Numbered from the stretch's first letter, positions 41,343-50,642 are shown. The stretch: 64,000 nt of DNA from an uncultured Chloroflexia bacterium (GCA_963819655.1 CAWFXA010000003.1:416001-480000); one strand, 5' to 3'. The notes: generated by a model from the sequence alone, not told the origin. Numbers and translations are program-made.

Positions 41343-42209
41343 GTGGCGATCAACGACGCGGTCGACTGGCGCGCGGATCTCGGCGGGGGCGCGCGCGTCG
41401 CGCTCATCCAGGCCGGAACATTCCGTTCTGACGCGGGCGCCCTGTTCGGACCTGTGCCGCGGATCATGTGGGACCGCCTCGTCCGAAACGAGATCGATGC
41501 CGAGAACCGTCTGTTGCAGGCGCTCAACTGCCTCCTGATCGAGACGCCGTCCGGGCGGGTCCTGGTCGAGACTGGGATCGGCGAACGGGTCGACGACAAG
41601 ACGCGAGCGATGCGCGGCTACGAGGGCCCGGCGATCGTCCCCGCTCTGGAGGCGGCGAACTTCCTCCCCGAGACCATCGATATCGTGGCGTTGAGCCACC
41701 TCCATTTCGACCACGCCGGTGGCCTGCTCCGCGCGGACGACGCGCGCGCATTCCCGCGCGCGGCGATCGTCGCGCAACGGGCCGAGTGGGAGATCGCGAT
41801 GGGCGACAACCCGCGGCTCGTCGCGTCCTACGTCCAGCCCGAGCTGGAGCTCGTCAAGAGTTGGGGGGAGCAGGGCTTGGTCGACGGCGAGCGGGAGCTG
41901 ATCCCGGGCGTGTCGGTCATCCCGACCGGCGGCCACTCGAGCGGCCATCAGGCGATCGTCGTACGTGGGACCGGCGACGACGCGAAGACCCTCGTGTTCT
42001 TCGGCGACCTGTTCATGCGGCCGTGGGCTGCGAACCCCCGCTGGGTGACGGCGTTCGACGACTTCCCGCTCGATTCGGTCGCACAAAAGGCCGCGCTGTT
42101 CGCCCAGGCAGCCGACGAGGGCTGGCTGATCGCCCTGTCCCACGAGAGCCACACGCCGATCGGGCGCCTCGAGCGCGACCGCGACCGCTTCCAGTTCGAG
42201 CCGATCTAG
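41343..42209 (+). CDS. Metallo-beta-lactamase fold hydrolase (YtnP-like)
   Basis: DAGALFGPVP...W, SHLHFDHAGG, TGGHS.GHQ, GDL, H. Confidence 0.9.
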   Translation: MAINDAVDWRADLGGGARVALIQAGTFRSDAGALFGPVPRIMWDRLVRNEIDAENRLLQALNCLLIETPSGRVLVETGIGERVDDKTRAMRGYEGPAIVPALEAANFLPETIDIVALSHLHFDHAGGLLRADDARAFPRAAIVAQRAEWEIAMGDNPRLVASYVQPELELVKSWGEQGLVDGERELIPGVSVIPTGGHSSGHQAIVVRGTGDDAKTLVFFGDLFMRPWAANPRWVTAFDDFPLDSVAQKAALFAQAADEGWLIALSHESHTPIGRLERDRDRFQFEPI

Positions 42210-42895
42210 GGCGAGGGGCGGACCTCGGTCAGCATCGCCTCGATCAGCGCCTTCGCGCCCTGCTCGTCCACCGGACCGCTGACGACCTGGCGGATGACGC
42301 CGTCGACATCGACGAAGAACTGGGTCGGCAGCGCGAACACCCGGTAGGCACGCAGCACGTGCCCGGAACCATCGAACCCGATCGTGTAACGAAGGCGGTA
42401 GCGGTCCGCGTAGGCCTTGACGTCGGTGGCCGTGGTCTCTTGGACGCTGACCCCGACGACCTCGAGACCGCGGTCGCGGTACGTGTCCGCCAGCGAGCGG
42501 AGGATCGGTGTCTCCTGCTGGCACGGCGGACACCACGAGGCGAAGAAGTTCAGCCACACGACCTTGCCCTTGAGCGCCGCGAGGGTCACGGGTCGACCGT
42601 CGAGGTCCTGCAGCTGGTAGGTCGAGCCGTCGTCGAGGTCGATCGTGAGCTCCGGCGCGGTGGTGCCAGCCTGCAGCCCTTCCGGCGGTTCGTCGCCGAT
42701 CAGGAACGGCGTCGCGAGCGGGTTGACGACGCTCGGTGGCTGAGCGGTATTGCCGAGCGGCGTCGTGATCGCCACGCCGACGATCGCGACCACCAGGACG
42801 GCGATGGCGCCGGCGAGCAACTGGCGCCCGCTGAACGGCCCGATCAGGCCATGCCGGGCGCGTCGATGCGTGAACTCGGGTCGCTCGGTCGTCAT
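42206..42895 (-). CDS. TlpA/ResA-like membrane-anchored thiol-disulfide oxidoreductase
   Basis: N-terminal TM; LNFFASWCPPCQQE; LPTQFFVD. Confidence 0.93.
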   Translation of the reverse strand: MTTERPEFTHRRARHGLIGPFSGRQLLAGAIAVLVVAIVGVAITTPLGNTAQPPSVVNPLATPFLIGDEPPEGLQAGTTAPELTIDLDDGSTYQLQDLDGRPVTLAALKGKVVWLNFFASWCPPCQQETPILRSLADTYRDRGLEVVGVSVQETTATDVKAYADRYRLRYTIGFDGSGHVLRAYRVFALPTQFFVDVDGVIRQVVSGPVDEQGAKALIEAMLTEVRPSP

Positions 42896-42902
42896 GTGTC
42901 GA

Positions 42903-43736
42903 TCAGATCGCCGTCAGGAACTGGAAATAGCGCGGCAACAGTCGAAGCAGGTCGAGCACCATCGCGACGCCGATGGCGCTCACGAGCAAGCCGCCGACCA
43001 GCGAGACCGTCCGGCCGTGTCGCAGAAGCGGGCGCATGAGCCCGGGCGCGCGGTCGTAGGCGAGCGCGATCGCGATGAATGGTAGGCCGAGTCCGATGCA
43101 ATAGCCGAGGAGCAGCAGAGTGCCTTGGGCGACCGTCCCGCTCGTCGCTGCCATCGTCAGGATCCCGCCCAGGATGATGCCGATGCACGGTGTCCAGCCG
43201 ACGGCGAAGATCGCCCCGAGCCCGAGCGATGCCAGCAAGCCGCCGTTCGACCCGACCAGTCGACCGCCGAGTCGATCACCTAGGCCCGGCGGTGTGTCTG
43301 GCGCCGCGGGCGATGCGAGGGCGATCGAGCCGGTCGTCGTCGCGAGGCTGCCGGCCGCGCCGGCGTCGAGTGGTCGCCAGGTCCGGTCGAGGACGGGGAT
43401 GCGCAGGATGCCGGCCAGACTCAGCCCGAGGACGATCAGCGTCGCGCCACCGATGACGCGGAGGGCGGGCAGAACGTCGACCAGGCCCTGCGCCAGGTAC
43501 GTCGCGGTTACGCCGAGGAGCGTGAAGACACCCGTGAAGCCGGCCACGAACGCGAAGGCGTGGCGCAACGCCAGCCAGCGGCCCGCGATCGGGGTCTCGG
43601 TCTGCCCGCCGGCGACCGCGATCGCGCTCAGCTGCCCGAGGTACGCCGGCACGAGCGGGAGGACGCACGGCGACAGGAAGCTGATGACCCCGGCCGCGAG
43701 TGCGACGAGGATCGTGAGATCGGTGCCGCCGGTCAT
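42903..43736 (-). CDS. ccdA: Cytochrome c biogenesis protein CcdA
   Basis: AGVISFLSPCVLPLVPAYL; GWTPCIG.ILG; Y..GLGLPF. Confidence 0.93.
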   Translation of the reverse strand: MTGGTDLTILVALAAGVISFLSPCVLPLVPAYLGQLSAIAVAGGQTETPIAGRWLALRHAFAFVAGFTGVFTLLGVTATYLAQGLVDVLPALRVIGGATLIVLGLSLAGILRIPVLDRTWRPLDAGAAGSLATTTGSIALASPAAPDTPPGLGDRLGGRLVGSNGGLLASLGLGAIFAVGWTPCIGIILGGILTMAATSGTVAQGTLLLLGYCIGLGLPFIAIALAYDRAPGLMRPLLRHGRTVSLVGGLLVSAIGVAMVLDLLRLLPRYFQFLTAI

Positions 43737-44026
43737 GCGGGAGTCGGCTCCGCGTCGAGGACGTCGCTGAGAAGGCGGCGAAGCTTGGCGGCGCTGGTCG
43801 CGAGCTCGAGTCGGCGGTCGCCGAGCTCGACCACCGGGATCGTCGTGAAGTACGCGCGTTCCAGGCTGGGATCGGCCTCGATGTCGAGCTCGATAAGGGT
43901 GGGGACGGGCCGACCCGTCCGCGTGCGCTCGTCCAGCAGTTCGTGGATCAGGCTTCGGGCCTCATCGCACAGGCCACAACCGGGACGGCCGTACAGGATG
44001 AGGTCGGGGAGGGGAGCGTCGGCCAT
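43733..44026 (-). CDS. Glutaredoxin-like protein (DUF836-type)
   Basis: LYGRPGCGLCDEA, DIE.DP.L...Y...IPVV. Confidence 0.85.
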   Translation of the reverse strand: MADAPLPDLILYGRPGCGLCDEARSLIHELLDERTRTGRPVPTLIELDIEADPSLERAYFTTIPVVELGDRRLELATSAAKLRRLLSDVLDAEPTPA

Positions 44027-44158
44027 CGTGCTGGGATTGTACGGGCGAGTGCCTTGGGGACCGGTCGGGGGTAGTGGCAAGCCGTCGCAGGGAGGCGCGA
44101 CGGCTTGTCCGTGACTGACGTCGATGCGCGGCGATCGGTTCCCGTGCAGGTGCGGGGC

Positions 44159-44319
44159 CGACTTCATGCCAAATCGTCGTTACGCGCACCTAAGGCAGCA
44201 TTCCGCGGCTGTATCGGCCATCGGCGCGCCTGGGTCACGCACGAATTGGGGAACGTCGGCGCGATCTGCGGCCAGTTCCGAGCCCAAGCGTCACACGGTG
44301 ACGATCTGGCACGAAACCG
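44159..44319. repeat. 161-bp element with imperfect 21-bp terminal inverted repeats
   Basis: Left end cgacttcatgccaaatcgtcg vs reverse complement of right end cggtttcgtgccagatcgtca. Confidence 0.6.
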
Positions 44320-44353
44320 AACGACCGGAACCTCGCGGTACGATGTCGGCCGC

Positions 44354-44429
44354 GCCCCCGTAGCTCAGTGGATAGAGCGAGGCCGTCCTAAGGCCTGCGT
44401 CGGCGGTTCGAATCCGTCCGGGGGCGCCA
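44354..44429 (+). tRNA. tRNA-Arg (CCT)
   Basis: Acceptor gcccccg/cgggggc, A20 in D-loop, anticodon arm aggcc-gtCCTaa-ggcct, T-loop ttcgaat, CCA; TACGAT -10 upstream. Confidence 0.95.
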
Positions 44430-44513
44430 CGGTGACAGCAACGCGGAGTCGAAGAACGGCTCCGCCGGTCCGGTCGGCAACCAGGCGACGACGTTCACTA
44501 ACGCTCGATCCGG

Positions 44514-44543
44514 TTGACGGGCCAACGCCGCGGCGCCTAGGCT
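44514..44543 (+). promoter_or_regulatory. Sigma70-type promoter TTGACG-N18-TAGGCT
   Basis: Near-consensus hexamers upstream of the 44602 gene. Confidence 0.5.
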
Positions 44544-44601
44544 CACGTCAAGGGCGCTGCGCGACATGCGCGAGGCCGCCCGAGGGATGGAGGGCTCGCA
44601 A

Positions 44602-44859
44602 ATGATTCGGCGGATCACCGGGATCATCCTTGGAGTGGCGGCCTTCCTGGTCGTGTACTGGCTCACTGGCGGGACGGCGACACCGGCCACGCCCAACTGG
44701 CCATTGGCGATCCTCGTCGGCCTGGTGGTGGCGCTCATCTGGCCGTGGGTGATGGGTCTGATCATGGTCAGGCGCGTTCGGCAGCGCCGCCAGGACGAGA
44801 TCGATCAGGAGGTCCAGAAGCAGCTCGCGCAGCAGCAGAACAACCCACCACCCTCCTGA
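44602..44859 (+). CDS. Small two-TM membrane protein (islet cargo)
   Basis: GGAGG RBS; two hydrophobic helices followed by a charged helix. Confidence 0.8.
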   Translation: MIRRITGIILGVAAFLVVYWLTGGTATPATPNWPLAILVGLVVALIWPWVMGLIMVRRVRQRRQDEIDQEVQKQLAQQQNNPPPS

Positions 44860-44998
44860 TCCCCGGGCGAAGCGGGCCGCACGGCTGACCGCGGTTGAAT
44901 GCGCCCGGAGCCCCAGTAGCGTCAAAGGCTATCGGCGTCGCCTCAGCTCGCCGCGTACTGTGCGAGCGCGTCCGCGTGTGACCGCCGTTCCCCTAGGA

Positions 44999-45015
44999 CC
45001 GTCCGGGGGCGCCAC
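44999..45015 (+). repeat. 17-bp direct repeat of the tRNA-Arg 3' end (att-like)
   Basis: ccgtccgggggcgccac, identical to 44414-44430. Confidence 0.75.
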
Positions 45016-45097
45016 CGGCCCAACCAGTGACTGAGTGCGGGTTCTCTCGTCTGATTCGCCCGACGTAGGCTGCCGCATTGAGGGGTGGCCGGGGTGA

Positions 45098-45574
45098 CTA
45101 CTGAGTGACCTCGAACGGGGTACGCATGCCGAGCCGATAGTGGAAGCGGATGTCCTCGACGATGTTGCACAGGAGGACGTACTTCCCGGGGGCAAGGTCG
45201 AGCGTAACGGACTCCGAGCCGCCGACCGCGACGTTTTCCGCCTCGCCGCTGATGGTGACACCCGTCCCAGCCTCGTCGAAGGACCCGCCGGCCGTCGTGG
45301 GCAGATCGTCGAGTGCGAGGTCGGTCCTGACGACAACCAGCTCGTGATTCCAGTCCGGGCCCACATTCGCGACGTTGAAGGTCACGCTGCCAGTCCGGAC
45401 CGTGGGAGATTCTGGGAGCACGGCCCACTCCTGGAGCTTGACGTCGACCGTCGACGGCGCTGAGCCGCTCGCGGCAGGTGCGACGCTTGGACTGACCGAA
45501 CCGCTCGCGCAGCCTGCGACAACCGCGGCAAGCGCAAGCGCGGTCAGCGCGACGACGAGGCGGCTGGGACGCAC
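45098..45574 (-). CDS. Cupredoxin (blue-copper) lipoprotein
   Basis: Lipobox VAGC; HELVV...GKYVLLCNI.....HY..GM supplies H/C/H/M type-1 copper ligands. Confidence 0.85.
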   Translation of the reverse strand: MRPSRLVVALTALALAAVVAGCASGSVSPSVAPAASGSAPSTVDVKLQEWAVLPESPTVRTGSVTFNVANVGPDWNHELVVVRTDLALDDLPTTAGGSFDEAGTGVTISGEAENVAVGGSESVTLDLAPGKYVLLCNIVEDIRFHYRLGMRTPFEVTQ

Positions 45575-45748
45575 GGCGGGACTCCTGCTGCGGCTACGCC
45601 TTTAGGGCCGGAGTGGCTCCCCGATCCGGTCCCGATCCGAACCGAGCGTAGGCACCGCAGTCTACGCAGCACGCGTTCGTCAATGGCGTACCACGTGACT
45701 GGATCATCGTGCGCCGGTGCTGAGCCCCCCGTCCGTCCGCGGGCGCTT

Positions 45749-48316
45749 TCAATGTCCGGTGGACTCCGGGCCCAGGACCTCGTCGATGATCGGGTCGCCG
45801 AGCGCGCCGGCGGCACGAGCGTCTTCCCGGCCCAGGGGGCCGCGTGCCTTCGCGGCGTGGAGCGCGCACGCGCGAAGCCATGTCGAACGCCAATGGCCCT
45901 CGGCGTCCGCCACGAGGTCCTGCAGCCATCCCCCCAGATCCGTCGGAGCTTCACTCGACGGCGCCGGCAGCTGGTTCAGCCGCTCCGACAGAGGCAGGCC
46001 GGGCTGGAGCAGCGCGACGACCTGTTTCGATTCGGCGGGGCCCAGCACGACCTCCAGGGCTTCACGTGCGAGCGGGCTGCCCGGTCCACCCGTACCGAGC
46101 TCGACCAGTACGGGCCCGAGTCGTGCGGATCCGTACCGCGCGAGCCGCCCCGCCCTGACGTGCAGGGACACGAGATCGAGCTCGTCGGACAAGGCGCGCC
46201 GGACGGGCTCATCGGTCTCGCGAAGGTCGTCCTCGCTGGCGACGATCGCGGTCAGAGCGGCCAGGATCCGACCGGCGTGTCGAACATCGTCCAGCAGCAC
46301 ACCATCGAGCACCGTCGCCGTCGCGTCGTCGGCCGGTTCAGGCGCGGCGACACGCTCCGTGACGATCACGGCGAGCTCCCGATCGGGGTGTCCGACATGC
46401 CGGCTGAGGACGTGGTCACGCTCGGCCGATCTGGTGCTGACCGCCCGAACGAGACGCATCACGGCCGGAGTGGCTGGCGATCCCGCGGCATCGAGCCACT
46501 CGCCCATCGACGGGACGACGGCATCCCCCAGTCGACCGATCGCCCCCGCGGCGGCTTCGGCCGAACGGGCGTCTCGGAGCGCCGTGAGGGTGGGCGCCAG
46601 CGCGGATCGGTCGCCGGCCTGGACCGAGTCGAGGGCAGCGCATCGGACGGCCAAATCGTCGTCCTCGAGGAGTGCGCCGAACTCGGCCCGGTCCGTCGAG
46701 TCGAGCGCCTCGAGGGCCTGGGCGGCTCGCAAGCGGACGGCCGGGGAAGCCAAGCCCACGCTGGCGCGGATCTCGTCTGCCAGCCGTCGCCGGGCATGTT
46801 CGTCGCCCGACGCCGCCAACCCGGCGAGCGAGGAGATCCGGATGTCCGGACGCGGATCCTCCGCCAGGCCGTCGAGCTCGGCTTGCAACGCCGGCGATGA
46901 CATCGTGGTGAGCAGATCGAGGCCAAGCCGCATCGCGCGGGCGTCCTGGCTCGATAGCAGCCGCCGGGCGATGGCCTCGTCCTCGGGCGTCGCGTCGAGG
47001 TCGGCGATCGGGACAAGGAGTGGACGACGTTGCAGCGCGTGGACGAGCGCTGGACCATAGGCGCGGTACAGGAGGATCCCCGTCCACGTCCAGACGGCGC
47101 ACACGATCGTCGTGACCCCGATGGTCGCGATGAGTGCGAACGGGAGGACATTGAGGATGAGGATGAGCACGCCAGATATGCCGATCGCGACCGGCACCCC
47201 GATCCCTTCGACAGCGGTCTGCACGGACAGGCGATCGCGCTCCGGGAGCACCTGGTATGTCGCGTTGATCGATGTGCGCGTCGTGCCATCGGTCAAGGCG
47301 ATGTCGGCGATGCGGGCCGCCGACACGGTCGCAAGGAGCGCGAACGACGTGCCACCGCTCAGCGCGAGCATCGCGATCATGGCGACAGCAAAGACTGTGA
47401 GCACCAGCGGATTGGCCGCGATGCCGAGCCTGAGGCCGAAGCGGCGTAGCAAGGGGCCCGCCAGCGCGAACAGGAACGCGATGCTCACGGCGTTCATGAC
47501 CGCGGTGTAGCCGGCGAGGAATCGAGCCAGGTCCGCGGGGTCCGGGTACTGCGCGATCGCGCGGTCGTAGACCAGAAAGTCGGCGAGCTGGCTGCCGAGT
47601 GCCGAGAGGACCTGATAGGCAAGGATGAACAGGACGAACCGGCTTGCGAATGACCTCCGAAGGGAAGGACGGGTGGTGCGGTCAGCCGCACCCGCGAGCC
47701 CATCCGGCGCCGGTCGGGATCCGGGCGAGCCGAGCTGCCGGGCGTACCGCCGGCCGGTCGCCCAGACGAGCGTGGCGAACACCGCCTGGGCGAGCGCGGT
47801 CGCCAGAAGGAGGTCCTCCGGCCGACCGAACCAGGTCACCAGCTGGGCACCGAGCAGGCCCCCGATGACCGCACCGGCAGGGAAACCGGCCATGATCCTC
47901 GGAAAGCTGGCCTTGATCCCGGCGATGTCGAGCAGCCGGCCGGCCTGCCCGCCGATGAACACGAAGCCGAGCTGGATCAGGATCGGAAACAGGATCAGCA
48001 GTGGCACCGATACCCACGCGGCGCCGGCCCGAGCGACGATCCACGAGACTCCGAGCCCGACTGCCGCAGCACCGAGCACGACGAGTGCGATGCCCAGGAG
48101 ATCGAACCGCTGGGCCGTGCGGGCGATCGCACCCGAGACGGCGATCCCGGCGGCGCCGATCGCGATGTAGGTCGCAGGAAGCCAGGCCGATCCATACGTG
48201 TCGAGGAACATCGCGTTGGCGACGATGCCCAGCAGAGCGGCCATCGCGCCGAATGCCACCGCCTGAGCCGTCAGCCAGTGGACAGCTCCGCCCGTCGATC
48301 CACGTGGATCGGTCAC
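45749..48316 (-). CDS. MFS/nucleotide-transporter (Npt1/TLC-like) membrane protein fused to HEAT repeats
   Basis: About 12 TM segments (..ANAMFL..YG..WLP..YI, LLRRFGL, YQVLP..R) followed by helical repeats (VRLRAAQAL, VRCAAL, WLRACAL). Confidence 0.8.
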   Translation of the reverse strand: MTDPRGSTGGAVHWLTAQAVAFGAMAALLGIVANAMFLDTYGSAWLPATYIAIGAAGIAVSGAIARTAQRFDLLGIALVVLGAAAVGLGVSWIVARAGAAWVSVPLLILFPILIQLGFVFIGGQAGRLLDIAGIKASFPRIMAGFPAGAVIGGLLGAQLVTWFGRPEDLLLATALAQAVFATLVWATGRRYARQLGSPGSRPAPDGLAGAADRTTRPSLRRSFASRFVLFILAYQVLSALGSQLADFLVYDRAIAQYPDPADLARFLAGYTAVMNAVSIAFLFALAGPLLRRFGLRLGIAANPLVLTVFAVAMIAMLALSGGTSFALLATVSAARIADIALTDGTTRTSINATYQVLPERDRLSVQTAVEGIGVPVAIGISGVLILILNVLPFALIATIGVTTIVCAVWTWTGILLYRAYGPALVHALQRRPLLVPIADLDATPEDEAIARRLLSSQDARAMRLGLDLLTTMSSPALQAELDGLAEDPRPDIRISSLAGLAASGDEHARRRLADEIRASVGLASPAVRLRAAQALEALDSTDRAEFGALLEDDDLAVRCAALDSVQAGDRSALAPTLTALRDARSAEAAAGAIGRLGDAVVPSMGEWLDAAGSPATPAVMRLVRAVSTRSAERDHVLSRHVGHPDRELAVIVTERVAAPEPADDATATVLDGVLLDDVRHAGRILAALTAIVASEDDLRETDEPVRRALSDELDLVSLHVRAGRLARYGSARLGPVLVELGTGGPGSPLAREALEVVLGPAESKQVVALLQPGLPLSERLNQLPAPSSEAPTDLGGWLQDLVADAEGHWRSTWLRACALHAAKARGPLGREDARAAGALGDPIIDEVLGPESTGH

Positions 48317-48747
48317 CCGGGCGTCGTATCGGTCTCGGACTGGGCTCGTTCGCGCACCATCGCGACGAGCGCGCCGATGATCCCGGCCGCAAGCGCGGGT
48401 CGATCAGCGAGCAGCTCCTCGAGCAGGGGCCTGTCGATCCGAAGCAGCGTCGTCGGCTCGAGCGCGGTCACCGATGCCGACCGCGGCTCGGGAACGAGGG
48501 CGGCCAGCTCACCGACCGTCGACCCGGGACCCAGGTGAGTGATGCTGCGCTCGCCGTGGTGTACGCGGAGCCGGCCGCGCACGACCGCGTACATGTGCTC
48601 TTCCATCGCTCCCTCGGCGATGACCACCGTTCCCGCCCCGACCTCGACCTCGGTCGCACGCCGGGCGAGGGCGGCGAGAGTACGGCCCGGGACGTCGGCG
48701 AAGAGACCGACTCGATGGAGAGCGACGACGCGCTCGACGGTGGTCAT
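48313..48747 (-). CDS. Stand-alone cyclic-nucleotide-binding protein
   Basis: LF, VIAEG, MY.V.RG, VGELAAL..EPRSASVTA phosphate-binding cassette; no HTH. Confidence 0.9.
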   Translation of the reverse strand: MTTVERVVALHRVGLFADVPGRTLAALARRATEVEVGAGTVVIAEGAMEEHMYAVVRGRLRVHHGERSITHLGPGSTVGELAALVPEPRSASVTALEPTTLLRIDRPLLEELLADRPALAAGIIGALVAMVRERAQSETDTTPG

Positions 48748-50486
48748 CACCTGGCGGCCCCCAACGGACGCAGGCGTGCGGCGAGATCCTGGGCACGGAG
48801 CGGGCGGAGCCAGGCTCGAGCGTAGAGCTCGCCCGGGATCATGATCACCTCGACGTCGCGTTCGGCGACGATCTCGCTGTTTCGCTCGGCCCGCCGGATC
48901 ACGCCCGTCGTCCCGACCGGCACCCACGGCGGCAGAGGCGACGGAGCGTAGCCACCGTCGGGCCGGACAACCAGCCCGGGGCCGGTGGGGACGTAGACGA
49001 ACGACGGCGGCGAGCCAGGGGCGACGAGAACCTCGCCCGAACGGAGCGTCGCCCGGCAGGCGTCGGCAAACGCGACCGGTCGATCGAGGTCCGTCGTCTC
49101 TACACCATGCTCCGCCATCAGCCTGAGGAGCTCGTCCGCCTCGAGCCCGGCGCCATCGACCGGGGTGGCGAAGAAGAAACGACGTTGCTCATCTGGTGCC
49201 GCTCCTTCGGTGTCGGCGACCGTCACCAGTCGCCGGGCGAGCGTGGGATCGCGCTCGGCCACGAGGGCCGCGACCTCGTCGGCGAAGACGGGCCGGTCGT
49301 CGGGCCGCTCGAGCTGGATCTTGACATCGTCGATCGAGCGGGTCGTGGGTTGCAGCCCGCCCCCGACGGAATGGCCACCGAAGGACGGGATGACGTCCGC
49401 CTCGATGTCCGCGATGACGCTCGCGACGCTCTCCGCCGCTCGGCGAGCGGCCGCCGCGCTGCCGAAGGCGCCGCGGTGGAACGCGATGCGCAGGTGCCCC
49501 TGCGGCGTGACGAACGCGACGCGGATGTTGGCCTCGCCGGCGCCACGATCGTCGTCGTAGATGATCACGTACGCTGCGTCACCGGTCGCGGGCCGCAGCG
49601 TGCACACGGCGCGCGCCGTCTCTGCGTCCATGCAGATCTCGAACCCACCCGATGTGCGAAGGACGGTGCCCCGCTGTCGCAACACGTCCGCCGCGCGCAG
49701 CGCCCGCAGCGCGTCCACGACGTCATCGGCGAGCTCGGCTTGCGGGCCGCTCGGCGCGGTGAGCCACGCGAACGACTGCGAGGGATCGTCGTAGGCATCC
49801 GTGTTGGCGTCTGTCGGTATCGCTGACGTGTCCGCTGCCCGCGGCAGCTGCTTGCCGGCACGATGGTCGTCGAGGTCCGTGAAGATCACGCGCTGCAGCA
49901 CTCGGCGGAGCGCGATCCGGTCGTTGAGCACCGCCGCCGGGATCGCCGACTTGCTGTGGGCGACGCTCATGCTGAGCATTTCGCGAACGACGATCTCGAG
50001 CCCCGTCGCAAATGGAGCCTCATCGGCGATCTCGTCCAGCCGACTGCGCACTGGCCCGATCGCGAGGAGATGCTCGACCAGCGGCGTGACATCGGGACCG
50101 AATGCCGCATGCGCCGCGAACAATGCGTGCACACGGCGCCCCGACGGGGTCATGTCCACCATGCCGATGTCATGGAGGTACGCGATGGCGACGCCGAGCG
50201 CGTGGACGAACCGATCGCGGTCCGCGGCACGGCCTGGGAGCAGCACGCCGTTGATCGTGTCGAGCAGTCGGATGAGTCCGATCGCGACATCCCGGGCGTG
50301 GACGACACCATGGTCGGCGAAGATCGCCGGGTGGGTCCCCGGATCGGCCAGGAAGGCCGGATCGTCGTGCAGGACTTCGAACGTCGCCTGGGCCTCGATC
50401 GGTCGCCAGAAACGCTCTTCGAGATAGGTCCGAACGGGGCGAGGCAGATAGTCATCGAGCACCGCGACCGGACCCCTCTCCTCCAT
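48747..50486 (-). CDS. HD-domain metal-dependent phosphohydrolase with C-terminal cNMP-binding-like domain
   Basis: DHGVVH, YLHDIG, H, AHS, AADVLR; C-terminus GEVLV..GSPPSFVYV...VG..GVI...ERNSEIVA. Confidence 0.78.
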   Translation of the reverse strand: MEERGPVAVLDDYLPRPVRTYLEERFWRPIEAQATFEVLHDDPAFLADPGTHPAIFADHGVVHARDVAIGLIRLLDTINGVLLPGRAADRDRFVHALGVAIAYLHDIGMVDMTPSGRRVHALFAAHAAFGPDVTPLVEHLLAIGPVRSRLDEIADEAPFATGLEIVVREMLSMSVAHSKSAIPAAVLNDRIALRRVLQRVIFTDLDDHRAGKQLPRAADTSAIPTDANTDAYDDPSQSFAWLTAPSGPQAELADDVVDALRALRAADVLRQRGTVLRTSGGFEICMDAETARAVCTLRPATGDAAYVIIYDDDRGAGEANIRVAFVTPQGHLRIAFHRGAFGSAAAARRAAESVASVIADIEADVIPSFGGHSVGGGLQPTTRSIDDVKIQLERPDDRPVFADEVAALVAERDPTLARRLVTVADTEGAAPDEQRRFFFATPVDGAGLEADELLRLMAEHGVETTDLDRPVAFADACRATLRSGEVLVAPGSPPSFVYVPTGPGLVVRPDGGYAPSPLPPWVPVGTTGVIRRAERNSEIVAERDVEVIMIPGELYARAWLRPLRAQDLAARLRPLGAAR

Positions 50487-50600
50487 CGACACACAGTAAC
50501 CGCTTGGTATCAGGGCCTCACGCCCAGCTCACACTGCCGCGTACCGTGTCAGGGGTCGTTGTGTGCGACTGCGCCTCCGATCCGCCCGACTCCGAGAATT

Positions 50601-50642
50601 GTCGACCCCTTCGGTCTGATCCGAAGGGGTCGACTCCTTTTC
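50601..50642. terminator. Intrinsic terminator-like hairpin
   Basis: 14-bp stem gtcgaccccttcgg/ccgaaggggtcgac just downstream of the minus-strand 50657 gene; the T-run lies on the plus side. Confidence 0.7.
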
